This document shows, in pieces, positions 17,960-28,251 of a stretch of DNA of 64,000 bases. The stretch's first letter is position 1. Every line of letters begins with the position of its first letter. The position numbers and the translations under genes were made by a program. Where the stretch lies: NCBI GenBank assembly GCA_026986775.1, contig JALSNX010000030.1, forward strand, positions 79,483 to 143,482. Reading direction: 5' to 3'. A model generated the notes under the pieces. It searched no databases and was not told where the DNA came from. It saw only the letters and a list, made by a program, of their open reading frames with translations. The stretch comes from a candidate division WOR-3 bacterium. GTDB lineage: Bacteria > Hydrothermota > Hydrothermia > UBA1063 > CAJXJZ01.

Positions 17960-20824
17960 ATGAAATATCTGTTATTATTGTGGCTTATTGGATTTTTGAA
18001 TGCACAGGGTTATGAAGATATTGTGATAAAGGACACGATAGGATTAATAAGGGAACTTCCCAGAAGGGGAAAAGGATATAGCGTATGTATTGATACTGGA
18101 GGCAATTATGTATTCGCAGGTTATGCTGAAGAGCCGTATGATGCGTGGCTGGTGAAGTACAACTCTCAATTGCGTGATACTGTATGGATGCGGTTTTATG
18201 GGGGAGACGGGGATGATAGAATATACGATATGGCAATAGACAGCATGGGAAGTTATGTTTTGGTTGGTTATACCGAATCTTATGGTGCAGGCGGAAAGGA
18301 TGTGTGGATTTTAAAGATTGATCCTGAGAATGGTGATACGATATGGACGGATGTACTGGGTGGTGGAAATGATGACATTGCGTATGGAATAACTGTTGAC
18401 AGGGATGGGAACTATGTTATTACGGGTGAAACAAAATCATATGGCGATGATAATGGAGATTGTTTTATCCTGAAGATGAGGCCGAATAAGGACGCAATAT
18501 GGTTTAGAAGATACGGAACAGATCTGGAAGATGGCGGTTATGATATTGCCGTTGATACATCTGGAAATTATGTTGTGGCAGGACTTTATAATTTTGCATG
18601 GGAAAGTTCTTGGGGTGATGTATGGGTTTTGAAAATAGAATCTGATAGCGGTGATACTATATGGACACACAATTATGGTGATTCACAGGGTCAGATAGGT
18701 TATGGAATAGTGGTTGATGATAGTAACAGGTATGTTGTATCCGGGAAAACTTATCTTCCCGGGGCCAATGACAATGTATGGGTATTAAGGATTGATTCAC
18801 AGACAGGAGGACTGTTATGGGAGAGAAATTATGGTGCAGATGGAGGTGAAAGGGGATACAGTATTGTGCAGGATGTTGATGGGTTTTATATCATTGCCGG
18901 TTTTACTGCATCTTTCGGAGAGGGAGGACTTGATGCATGGGTTGTGAAAATAAGCCCTTCCTCCGGTGATACGGTGTGGACACATACGTATGGAACGGAA
19001 GATGACGATAGGGCAGAGGATATAATAGTGGTAAATGACAGTCTTTACATGATGTGCGGGTTTGATGCATCCCATTTTACAGCAAGAGAGATTAAAAGCA
19101 GTGATGGAACAGTATCTGATAGCATGGATTTTTCCATAAAACGGCTGGATATGGCCGCACTGGATGATAGAGGCTATGGTATTGCACTGGATTCATCAGG
19201 TTTTTATGTTATTACGGGTTATTCTGGAACCTATGAAACAGGTGAGGATGCATTGATTGTAAAGTATGATCCACAAATACATGACACTGTCTGGGCAAAA
19301 TTATATGGTGGAAGTGGTAATGATGGATGTTACGCCGTGAGTGTGGACAGAATTGGCTACTATGTTCTGGCGGGTTTTACGGAATCAGAAGGTGCCGGGG
19401 GCAAAGACTTCTGGGTTCTAAAGATATCTCCTCTTGATGGTGATACTATATGGACAAGACATTATGGAGGCAGTAGTGATGATGTTGCAAAGGGTATTGC
19501 AATTGATGATGACAACAATTACATTATTGTGGGGTACACAAAGTCTTATGGGGCAGGAGGAGGTGACCTCTGGATTTTAAAGATAAATTCTCAGAATGGG
19601 GATACTATCTGGTCCCGTATTTATGGTGGTAGTGAATTTGAAGGAGGAAATGGTGTTGCTGTGGATACTGCCGGTGATTATATAGTGTGTGGAAATACAT
19701 GGACCTATGACCCTGGAAACCTTGAAAATGTCTGGATCTTGAAAATAAATCATGAAACGGGTGATACCTTATGGACAAAGAGTTATGGGGACGAAGGGGG
19801 GCAGTGCGCTTTTGATGTGATTGTAGATAGAGACGGTAACTATGTTATTTCCGCAAAAACAACTTTTCATTACACGGATGATGTGTGGGTTTTAAAGGTA
19901 AATCCCATAACCGGGGATACATCCTGGACAGTGCATTACGGAACAGATAGAAATGAGAAGGGGTACAGTATCGCACAGGATAGGGAAGGATACTATGTTG
20001 TGGCGGGCTTTACGGACAAAAGGGGCACCAATAATCCGGATTACTATATTGGTAAAATCTCTCCTGATTCCGGAAAGTTGCTTTTTACAAGGAGATTAGG
20101 AGGAAATGGTGTTGACCGTGCGGAAGGAGTAATCGTTGACGATGACAGTTTTTATGTGGTGATTGGTTATTCAAATTCAACGTACAACGGGGATTATGAT
20201 GTTTATCTCGTAAAATACAACCCGTGGGATGAGAATCCACCAGTTATAGATAGTGTGACACGGATTGAAGATGATGATACCTACCCATACGGTCCCTATG
20301 AGATATGGGCTACAATAATGGACTCTTATTCCGGAGTAATTGAAGCGGTTTTACACTGGAAAACCGAACTTGATACATATTACAGGGATGTGGTTATGAC
20401 TGGTACACCATATAGCAAATTCAGGGCAACCATTCCAGAGATATTTACAACCATTGATAGCCTTAAATTGTTTTACTATGTAACAGCGAGAGATGGTGCA
20501 GGCAACGAGGCTGTTTCTGATACCCATGATTTTTATATCATAACAACATCTCATATAAAGGAGAAGCAGAATAACAGTGATATAGTTGTAAAAATGCCCT
20601 CCATTGTCAGAGGGAACAATTTAAAAGTATTGCTTTCCCTTAAAGAAGGCACAGAATACAGTCTGAGTGTGTTTTCAAAAGTTGGCAGGCTTGTTTGGTC
20701 AAAGCATGATGTTTTTACCTTCAAAGAAAATACTTTTCTTATGCCCGAATTTAAAAGAGGCGTTTATTTTCTTGAAATAAGGACCAAAAACAAAAGAAGA
20801 ATAGTGAGGTTTGTTGTAATTTAG
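17960..20824 (+). CDS. Secreted beta-propeller-repeat protein with one Ig-like domain and T9SS-like C-terminal sorting domain
   Basis: Signal peptide; ~14 repeats of WT..YGG...D.....I..D..G.YV.AG.T.S.G.G..D.W.LK; C-terminal G.LV...GVYFL..K. Confidence 0.85.
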   Translation: MKYLLLLWLIGFLNAQGYEDIVIKDTIGLIRELPRRGKGYSVCIDTGGNYVFAGYAEEPYDAWLVKYNSQLRDTVWMRFYGGDGDDRIYDMAIDSMGSYVLVGYTESYGAGGKDVWILKIDPENGDTIWTDVLGGGNDDIAYGITVDRDGNYVITGETKSYGDDNGDCFILKMRPNKDAIWFRRYGTDLEDGGYDIAVDTSGNYVVAGLYNFAWESSWGDVWVLKIESDSGDTIWTHNYGDSQGQIGYGIVVDDSNRYVVSGKTYLPGANDNVWVLRIDSQTGGLLWERNYGADGGERGYSIVQDVDGFYIIAGFTASFGEGGLDAWVVKISPSSGDTVWTHTYGTEDDDRAEDIIVVNDSLYMMCGFDASHFTAREIKSSDGTVSDSMDFSIKRLDMAALDDRGYGIALDSSGFYVITGYSGTYETGEDALIVKYDPQIHDTVWAKLYGGSGNDGCYAVSVDRIGYYVLAGFTESEGAGGKDFWVLKISPLDGDTIWTRHYGGSSDDVAKGIAIDDDNNYIIVGYTKSYGAGGGDLWILKINSQNGDTIWSRIYGGSEFEGGNGVAVDTAGDYIVCGNTWTYDPGNLENVWILKINHETGDTLWTKSYGDEGGQCAFDVIVDRDGNYVISAKTTFHYTDDVWVLKVNPITGDTSWTVHYGTDRNEKGYSIAQDREGYYVVAGFTDKRGTNNPDYYIGKISPDSGKLLFTRRLGGNGVDRAEGVIVDDDSFYVVIGYSNSTYNGDYDVYLVKYNPWDENPPVIDSVTRIEDDDTYPYGPYEIWATIMDSYSGVIEAVLHWKTELDTYYRDVVMTGTPYSKFRATIPEIFTTIDSLKLFYYVTARDGAGNEAVSDTHDFYIITTSHIKEKQNNSDIVVKMPSIVRGNNLKVLLSLKEGTEYSLSVFSKVGRLVWSKHDVFTFKENTFLMPEFKRGVYFLEIRTKNKRRIVRFVVI

Positions 20825-20842
20825 AAAACAAGGGAGGTTTTT

Positions 20843-23800
20843 ATGAAAAGGTTAATTGTAATACTCTTCATGGTATCACTACTCAAAGCCCAGAACTTCG
20901 GGGATGTTATCCTTGAGGATACCTTTGGGCTATATACTCCGGGTTCCGGGAATGGGGTAGCATGGGATGATCATGATAACACGGTAATCATAGCAGGTTA
21001 TAAAAGGGCTCATGGTTCGGCTGTAAAAAAAGGATGGCTTATTAAATATGACCCGTTAAGTGATGATACGATCTGGAGCAGGTTCTATGGCAATTATAAG
21101 TATGACTTTTTCAACGATGTGGCTTATGATCCTTCGGGGTATTATGTGGCAGTGGGTGCTTCAGCTACATCTTCAAGTGTTGATTTCTGGATTTTGAAAC
21201 TGACTACTGATGGAAATGTTGAATGGCAGGGAATATACGGGAATCCTTCGCTTTATGATGAAGCAAAGGCAGTTACGCTTGATAGTGCTGGTGATTATGT
21301 TGTGGTGGGATATGAAAGAGATTCAGACGGTGTAGATAAAGCGGCGATTTTAAAGATAGATGCTAACACTAATGATACTGTGTGGACAAGAGTTTACAAT
21401 ACACCGGACACGAGCCGTCTTTATGATGTTTTCATTGACCCCAATGGATATTATGTAGGGGTTGGAGAGATTTACGAGGCAGGATACGGATGGAAAATGG
21501 CGCTTTGGGTGATAGCACCTAACAATGGTGACATTGTGGGCGGAGATGAATACGGCACAAGTGGGAGCAATCACAGGGGCCGCTGTGGCCTTATGAGTTC
21601 TGATAACAACTTCATTATTGCAGGCTATACGGATGTAAATGGCGACAAAGACTATGAAATTTTGAAAATAAAATATTCCGACTTTAGTGTTATATGGGAT
21701 AGCACTTATGCTATCAGCGGAGATCAGGAGGCATGGGAGATAACGAGAATAAATGAGGATGTTTATGTTGGAGGGTACTCTTCGGAAAAAGGAAATAAAG
21801 ATGGCTTTATGATGGTAATAGACGATGGATTTGGCAGAGTTGTAGATATGGACCTTAATGGTTTATCTGATGTTGATGACTGGGAAAAAAGTGTCGTCGT
21901 GTATCAGGATACCATCCTCAGTGTGGGTGGAAGCGAAAATGAGCATCTTCTTACACATATAAGGCATTCCCAGAATATCAGAGACAGTCATCTAAAAGAC
22001 CTGTCTCTGCGTATAGGTTATGAGGATAGAGCATATGCCATTGCCATTGATTCTTCTGGAAATTACATTATAGTGGGAAATACCCATTCGCCCGATGATG
22101 CAGACCACTGGCAGATACTGGCTGTAAAATACGACCCTGTACAGGATAGAGTTTTATGGTGGAAAGTTTACAGTCAGAGATGGGGGGACAGTAAAGCCAA
22201 TAAAGTTATTGTTGATAGAGACGGATATTATGCTATAGCGGGTTATACTGTAAACTCTTCGGGAAATAAAGACGTATGGGTTTTGAAACTCAATCCCAAT
22301 ACGGGTGATACTGTGTGGACAGGGGTCTTTGGTGGTGACAGTGACGAAGTTGCAATGGACATAATAGAGGATTTAAACGGTGATTATGCAGTTGCAGGTT
22401 ATACTACATCTTATGGTGCAGGCCGGGAGGATGGCTGGCTTTTGGTGCTTAATGCTTCAACGGGAGATACTCTTTATACAAAAACATACGGTGGTTCCGA
22501 GTATGATGTATTTAACGCAATAGCAGAGGATAATGGTTATTACATTCTGGCAGGTGTATCTTCCGAACTGCACGGGTGGGGTGATGACTGGATTTTAAAG
22601 GTTGATGCTCAAAATGGGGATACTGTGTGGCAAAGATACTATGGGGACCAAGAGGGTCAGATTGCCTATGATGTTATTGTGGATAGAGACGGTAACTATG
22701 TGGTAGGTGGTAAAACATATACAAATTCCACCCAAGATGATGTCTGGGTTTTAAAGATAGAGAGCGATAGCGGTGACACAATATGGACAAAGTCCTACGG
22801 AGGCTCAGATTCAGAAAGAGGCTTCAGCATAAGAGAGGATAAGGAGGGCTTTTATGTGATAGCAGGTTTCACAAGGTCATATGGTGCAGGCTCGTCAGAT
22901 TACTGGGCTTTAAAACTTGACCCCGAAAATGGTGCTACGCTGGGCCAAAAAACCTTCGGTGGTACAGGGGATGACATGGCAGAGTGTGTATCAGTGGATG
23001 ACAGCAACCATTATGTCATAACAGGTTTCTCCAATTCCACCACTACAGGTGGTTATGATTTTTACACCGTAAAAATATATCAGGGCGATAACCTCCCGCC
23101 AGTGTTTGATTCAATAACGCAACTTCCTAATGACACAACCCTGCCATTCGGGCCCTATCAGGTGGATGTTAAAATAACGGATAATCTTTCGGGGGTTGAC
23201 AGAGGCAGGCTGTACTGGAAGTCATCCGAAGATGCTGATTTTTCCTACAGTTCTTTGACATACAATACTAACAACTGGTGGGGTGCAAGTATTTCGGAGA
23301 TAAACATTACAGGAGATAGTGCCCTCGTCTATTATTATGTTGATGCTTATGATTCCGCAGGAAATTATGGAGTATCGGATACTCTCAGTTTCTGGGTCAT
23401 AAAGCCCGACACGGAGCCACCTTTAATAGATTCTCTTACACAGGTGGATAAAGACACAACCATTCCTCATGGCCCTTATGAAGTAAGGGTAAAGGCATGG
23501 GATGAATATAGGGGCGTAAACAATGTTCGTCTTTACTGGAAGGATGAGGCATCAAGTACATTTACGGAGAGTTTCATGGACAGTCTCGGTGGTGACTGGT
23601 GGGTAGATTCCATACCGGAGCAGGTATTAAACAACGACAGCACGGTGATTTACTACTATGTTATAGCAGAGGACAATGCTGGCAATACGAGTTATTCGGA
23701 TACCATTTCATTTCGGGTAATAGACCCTGACACAACGGTGCCTCAAATAGATTCATTAACACAACTTGAAAAAGACACCACCATACCGCATGGACCCTAC

Positions 23801-26800
23801 GAGGTTATGGTGAAGGCATGGGATAATTATAAAGGCATGGGCAATGTTGAGTTCTACTGGAAGAGCGCAGGAGATACTGTATTCACCGAGAGTTTCATGG
23901 ACAGTCTCGGTGGTGACTGGCGGATAGATTCCATACCGGAGCAGGTATTAAACAACGACAGCACAGTTATTTACTACTATGTTATAGCAGAGGACAATGC
24001 AGGCAATACGACTTATTCAGATACCCTTTCATTCTGGGTAATAGACCCGGATACAACTATACCTCTTGTGGATAATCTCACACAACTTGAAAAAGATACA
24101 ACCATACCGCATGGCCCCTATGAAATCAAGGTGGAGGGCTATGACAATTACAAGGGCCTTAATAGTGTAAAACTTTACTGGCGAAGAAATACAGATACTG
24201 TTTTTAATGAAAGTTCCATGATTGATTATGATTCAACACATTACTGGGTAGACTCTATACCTGAACAGGTACTTAATAACGATAGTGTTGAGATTTATTA
24301 CTATGTAATGGCGGAGGATGTGGGTGGCAACCGTGCGTACACGGATACCCTCTCTTTCTGGGTAATAGACCCTGACACAACGGTGCCTCAAATAGATTCA
24401 TTAACACAACTTGAAAACGACACCACCATACCGCATGGACCCTACGAGGTTAAGATAAAGGCATGGGATGATTATAAGGGTATGGGCAATATGAAGTTTT
24501 ACTGCAAGAGCGCGGAGGATACTGTATTCACAGAGAGTTTCATGGATAGTCTTGGTGGTAACTGGTGGGTGGATACGATACCGGAAGAGGTATTAAACAA
24601 CGACAGCACAGAGATTTATTACTATGTTATAGCAGAAGACAATGCGGGCAATACGAGTTATTCGGACACCCTCTCTTTCTGGGTAATAGACCCCGACACA
24701 ACAGTGCCAGAGATAGATTCATTAACGCAAATTGAAAAAGACACCACCATACCGCATGGACCCTACGAGGTTAAGGTGAAGGCATGGGACGATTATAAAG
24801 GCATATCAAATGTTAAGTTCTACTGGAAAAATGATGCATCTGGAACATTTACGGAGAGTTTCATGGACAGTCTCGGTGGTAATTGGTGGGTGGATTCCAT
24901 ACCTGAGCAGGTATTAAACAACGACAGCACAATAATTTATTACTATGTTGTAGCCGAAGATATAGGCGGCAATATTACCTGTTCGGATACCTTGAGTTTC
25001 TGGGTAATAGACCCCGACACCTTACCACCTGAAATTGACTCACTCACGAAGGTTTTAAGCGATACTACCTTACCTTTTGGACCCTATGAGGTTAAGGTGA
25101 AGTCATGGGATGAGTATGGTAGTATTCAGGATGTAAAATTCTACTGGAAAAACGATACAATGTCTGATTTCACAGTGGGGAATATGGCATATCTGGGTGG
25201 GGATTGGTGGGTAGATTCTATACCACAGCAGGAATTTGCCGCCGACAGTATGTCTATTCTTTACTATGTGGTATCAGAGGATAGTGCAGGCAATTCAACC
25301 ATAACAGATACCATGAGTTTCTGGATGGTAAAGCCCGACACGGAGCCACCTTTAATAGATTCTCTCACGCAGGTGGATAAAGACACGACAATACCTCATG
25401 GTCCTTATGAAATAAGGGTAAAGGCATGGGATGAGTACAGGGGCGTAAGCAATGTTCGTCTTTACTGGAAGGATGACACATCAAGTACATTTACGGAGAG
25501 TTTCATGGACAGTCTCGGTGGTGACTGGTGGATAGATTCCATACCGGAGCAGATATTAAACAACGACAGCACAGTTATTTATTACTATGTTATAGCCGAG
25601 GACAATGCCGGTAATACGAGTTATTCGGATACCATTTCATTCTGGGTAGTAGACCCTGATACAACAGTACCACAGATAGATTCAGTGACACAGCTTGAAA
25701 GAGACAATAACCCACCTTACGGGCCATATGATGTATGGAGCAAGGTAAAAGATGAATACAGGGGACTTGCTGATGTTGAACTCTACTGGAAAAAGGAATC
25801 CCAGCCGGCATTCATACAGGTTTCTATGTCAGGGACTTCAGATGACTGGTGGTACGGTAGTATACCCGAGCAGACGCTTGATACTGATAGCATAAGAATT
25901 GTTTACTATGTAAAAGCAACCGATCTGGGAGGAAATACTTCATATTCTGATACTTTGAGTTTCTACATAGTAAAACCCGATACCATGGCTCCTCAGATAG
26001 ATTCCCTTACACAGGTTGATAACGACTCAACCGCTCCTTATGGTCCCTATGAAGTCAGAGTGAAGGTGACAGACCTTTACAAGAAAGCAGGAAGTCTATT
26101 TGGTAAAGGTGTGTTAAAAGACATAAAGGACAAGGAGACATCACAAGTGAAACTCTACTGGAAACTGGAGACAGAGGCCGTTTTCAACGAAAACAGTATG
26201 GCTTATCTTGGTAACAACTGGTGGATAGACAGCATTCCAGAGGAGAGTTTCAGCACAGATAGCGTAAGAGTTCTTTATTATGTGAGTGCCATGGATGATG
26301 CCGGTAATACTTCATATTCGGATACCCTGTCATTCTGGCTTATAAAACTTGATACCGTAAAACCTGTAATAGATACGGTTACACAGATTGAAAGGGATTC
26401 GGTGCCTCCTTATGGCCCCTATGAGGTATGGGTAAATGCCACAGATAACAAAGGAGTAAAATACACAAGGCTTTACTGGAAAAGGGCATCTCAGCCGGCA
26501 TTTGTTCAGATTGATATGAACCATGCAGCAGGGAACTGGTGGGTTGATAGTATTCCAGAGCAGACACTCAATCAGGATAGCGTATTGATACTATACTACG
26601 CTGAAGCAGTTGATTCTTCGGGCAATACATGTATTTCGGACACATTGGGGTTCTGGATTGTAAGCCCTGATACAATGCCGCCTGTGATAGATTCCCTTGC
26701 TCAGATTGAAAATGATACAATGCCACCCTATGGCCCTTATGAAGTTAGAGTAAAAGTTACAGATAGTAGAAAAGGACAGGTTGTTTTCGGCATTTATAAA

Positions 26801-28009
26801 AACAATAAGCATATTGCCTTATTGAATGGTAAAGATGCATTTCTTGATAAATCAGCAGGAAAAGGTGTAGGAAGTGTGAAACTTTACTGGAAAAACGACC
26901 AGGATGCTGTATTCCATGAAAGCGATATGAGCCTCCAGAGTGGTGACTGGTGGATAGATACAATACCACAGCAGAGTCCTGCTACGCATACCATGGGTGT
27001 TATATATTATGTCAAAGCTACAGACGAGGCGGGTAATACGGCTTATTCTGATACATTGAGTTTTGTTATAGTCACACCCGATACAACACCGCCGGTAATA
27101 GACTCCCTTACACAACTTGAAAACGATACTACATTCCCGCATGGTCCGTATAATATAGATGTCAAGGTAATGGATGATTACAGGGGCGTTTCAGGTGTAA
27201 CGCTTTACTGGAGAACCTCACTGATGTCTGACTTTTCACACGATGCCATGGTTAATATCTCAGGCAACTGGTGGCATGATACGATACCGCAGATTGACTT
27301 TACCAGTGTTGATAGTGTTGAGATTTTCTATTTCGTGACTGCAGCTGACTCATCTTCAAATATGTCTGTCTCGGACACTTTGAGTTTCTGGGTAATAAAC
27401 CCCGATACCACACCACCCGAGATAGATTCCCTTACACAGATAGAAAACGACTCAACCTCTCCTTATGGACCCTATGAGGTCTGGGTTAAGGTGGTGGATG
27501 GTTATACGGGTGTGGACAGTGTTAAATTGCTCTATAAGAAACAGTCTCAGCCTGCCTTTGTAGAAAGTAATATGAGTTATGTTGCTCAGAACTGGTGGGT
27601 GGATACAATCCCTGAACAGAGCCTTCAGGCGGAAGATAGTGTAATAGTTATGCTCTACTACATATATGCCATTGATAATGCCGGAAATGAAGTCGTCTCT
27701 GATACTCTGAGTTTTGAACTGATAAATCCGGAATATCTAATAGAAGAAGGGAAGTCTATCACACAATTTGGCGTGAAAATCCCGTCCGTGTGCAGAAACA
27801 GATTGAGTTTTGTCTTTATGGCGCCGTCTTCAGATATATACAGCGTAAAAGTATATTCTGTAAACGGCAGGCTCTTATTCAATGACAGAGGAAAAATAAA
27901 GAGAGGATTGACACTCATGAATCTTCCGCTGCATAAAGGTGGTCTTTACTTTGTAAGGATAAAATTCCATGGAAAAACATACTATGGAAAGGTTCTTCTG
28001 GTAAAATGA
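20843..28009 (+). CDS. Giant secreted protein (2388 aa): beta-propeller head, 14 tandem ~107-aa Ig-like repeats, T9SS-like CTD
   Basis: Signal peptide; same propeller repeats as 17960; DT..P.IDSLTQ..GPYEV..LYWK..WW.D.IP..YYV.A.D.AGN..SDTLSF units; VYSVNGR..GLYFV C-terminus. Confidence 0.88.
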   Translation: MKRLIVILFMVSLLKAQNFGDVILEDTFGLYTPGSGNGVAWDDHDNTVIIAGYKRAHGSAVKKGWLIKYDPLSDDTIWSRFYGNYKYDFFNDVAYDPSGYYVAVGASATSSSVDFWILKLTTDGNVEWQGIYGNPSLYDEAKAVTLDSAGDYVVVGYERDSDGVDKAAILKIDANTNDTVWTRVYNTPDTSRLYDVFIDPNGYYVGVGEIYEAGYGWKMALWVIAPNNGDIVGGDEYGTSGSNHRGRCGLMSSDNNFIIAGYTDVNGDKDYEILKIKYSDFSVIWDSTYAISGDQEAWEITRINEDVYVGGYSSEKGNKDGFMMVIDDGFGRVVDMDLNGLSDVDDWEKSVVVYQDTILSVGGSENEHLLTHIRHSQNIRDSHLKDLSLRIGYEDRAYAIAIDSSGNYIIVGNTHSPDDADHWQILAVKYDPVQDRVLWWKVYSQRWGDSKANKVIVDRDGYYAIAGYTVNSSGNKDVWVLKLNPNTGDTVWTGVFGGDSDEVAMDIIEDLNGDYAVAGYTTSYGAGREDGWLLVLNASTGDTLYTKTYGGSEYDVFNAIAEDNGYYILAGVSSELHGWGDDWILKVDAQNGDTVWQRYYGDQEGQIAYDVIVDRDGNYVVGGKTYTNSTQDDVWVLKIESDSGDTIWTKSYGGSDSERGFSIREDKEGFYVIAGFTRSYGAGSSDYWALKLDPENGATLGQKTFGGTGDDMAECVSVDDSNHYVITGFSNSTTTGGYDFYTVKIYQGDNLPPVFDSITQLPNDTTLPFGPYQVDVKITDNLSGVDRGRLYWKSSEDADFSYSSLTYNTNNWWGASISEINITGDSALVYYYVDAYDSAGNYGVSDTLSFWVIKPDTEPPLIDSLTQVDKDTTIPHGPYEVRVKAWDEYRGVNNVRLYWKDEASSTFTESFMDSLGGDWWVDSIPEQVLNNDSTVIYYYVIAEDNAGNTSYSDTISFRVIDPDTTVPQIDSLTQLEKDTTIPHGPYEVMVKAWDNYKGMGNVEFYWKSAGDTVFTESFMDSLGGDWRIDSIPEQVLNNDSTVIYYYVIAEDNAGNTTYSDTLSFWVIDPDTTIPLVDNLTQLEKDTTIPHGPYEIKVEGYDNYKGLNSVKLYWRRNTDTVFNESSMIDYDSTHYWVDSIPEQVLNNDSVEIYYYVMAEDVGGNRAYTDTLSFWVIDPDTTVPQIDSLTQLENDTTIPHGPYEVKIKAWDDYKGMGNMKFYCKSAEDTVFTESFMDSLGGNWWVDTIPEEVLNNDSTEIYYYVIAEDNAGNTSYSDTLSFWVIDPDTTVPEIDSLTQIEKDTTIPHGPYEVKVKAWDDYKGISNVKFYWKNDASGTFTESFMDSLGGNWWVDSIPEQVLNNDSTIIYYYVVAEDIGGNITCSDTLSFWVIDPDTLPPEIDSLTKVLSDTTLPFGPYEVKVKSWDEYGSIQDVKFYWKNDTMSDFTVGNMAYLGGDWWVDSIPQQEFAADSMSILYYVVSEDSAGNSTITDTMSFWMVKPDTEPPLIDSLTQVDKDTTIPHGPYEIRVKAWDEYRGVSNVRLYWKDDTSSTFTESFMDSLGGDWWIDSIPEQILNNDSTVIYYYVIAEDNAGNTSYSDTISFWVVDPDTTVPQIDSVTQLERDNNPPYGPYDVWSKVKDEYRGLADVELYWKKESQPAFIQVSMSGTSDDWWYGSIPEQTLDTDSIRIVYYVKATDLGGNTSYSDTLSFYIVKPDTMAPQIDSLTQVDNDSTAPYGPYEVRVKVTDLYKKAGSLFGKGVLKDIKDKETSQVKLYWKLETEAVFNENSMAYLGNNWWIDSIPEESFSTDSVRVLYYVSAMDDAGNTSYSDTLSFWLIKLDTVKPVIDTVTQIERDSVPPYGPYEVWVNATDNKGVKYTRLYWKRASQPAFVQIDMNHAAGNWWVDSIPEQTLNQDSVLILYYAEAVDSSGNTCISDTLGFWIVSPDTMPPVIDSLAQIENDTMPPYGPYEVRVKVTDSRKGQVVFGIYKNNKHIALLNGKDAFLDKSAGKGVGSVKLYWKNDQDAVFHESDMSLQSGDWWIDTIPQQSPATHTMGVIYYVKATDEAGNTAYSDTLSFVIVTPDTTPPVIDSLTQLENDTTFPHGPYNIDVKVMDDYRGVSGVTLYWRTSLMSDFSHDAMVNISGNWWHDTIPQIDFTSVDSVEIFYFVTAADSSSNMSVSDTLSFWVINPDTTPPEIDSLTQIENDSTSPYGPYEVWVKVVDGYTGVDSVKLLYKKQSQPAFVESNMSYVAQNWWVDTIPEQSLQAEDSVIVMLYYIYAIDNAGNEVVSDTLSFELINPEYLIEEGKSITQFGVKIPSVCRNRLSFVFMAPSSDIYSVKVYSVNGRLLFNDRGKIKRGLTLMNLPLHKGGLYFVRIKFHGKTYYGKVLLVK
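23083..27730 (+). repeat. Intragenic tandem repeat array, ~321-bp unit, 14 copies
   Basis: Unit starts near 23405, 23726, 24047, 24371, 24692, 25013, 25334, 25655, 25976; near-identical DNA between the units at 23401 and 25330. Confidence 0.85.
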
Positions 28010-28025
28010 GGAAAACTAAGCAAAC

Positions 28026-28051
28026 AGAGCCCCCATATAAGGGGGCTCTTT
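28026..28051 (+). terminator. Rho-independent terminator
   Basis: AGAGCCCCC-ATATAA-GGGGGCTCT followed by T residues. Confidence 0.75.
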
Positions 28052-28058
28052 ACTGTTT

Positions 28059-28150
28059 TATGACACATTGCTGTGACATGAATGGTCACAGTTTAACATG
28101 TTGTTATGTAAGGAGTTTAATTCTGGGGTGTGACATGGAGTTATGACATT
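28059..28150. promoter_or_regulatory. Second TGTGACA/TATGACA motif array (putative UAS)
   Basis: TATGACA 28059, CTGTGAC-N7-GTCACAG 28071-28091, GTGTGACAT 28128, TTATGACAT 28141. Confidence 0.7.
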
Positions 28151-28190
28151 TTGAGTATTGATTTTATTGGTTTTAAAGGTGTTGGTTGTA

Positions 28191-28203
28191 AATCAATAAC
28201 TTA
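28191..28203 (+). promoter_or_regulatory. IHF-type binding site
   Basis: AATCAATAACTTA matches WATCAANNNNTTR, between the UAS and the -24 element. Confidence 0.55.
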
Positions 28204-28210
28204 TGTACTA

Positions 28211-28225
28211 TGGCTTGAAAATTGC
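28211..28225 (+). promoter_or_regulatory. sigma54 (-24/-12) promoter
   Basis: TGGCTTGAAAATTGC = GG-N10-GC, 26 nt before ATG 28252 (AGGAGG SD). Confidence 0.8.
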
Positions 28226-28251
28226 CGTAATACTGCAAAAGGAGGTTTTTT

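Noticed and set aside
23083-27730. Near-identical repeats as a CRISPR array or DGR template/variable region
   Set aside because: Units are ~321-bp in-frame protein domains with no spacers; differences are not confined to adenines; no reverse transcriptase or cas gene in the window
9358-28051. Shared GAGCCCC/GGGGCTC stems at 9361 and 28027 as REP/MITE elements
   Set aside because: Only short stems match and the loops differ; both sit right after stop codons, as expected for ordinary terminators
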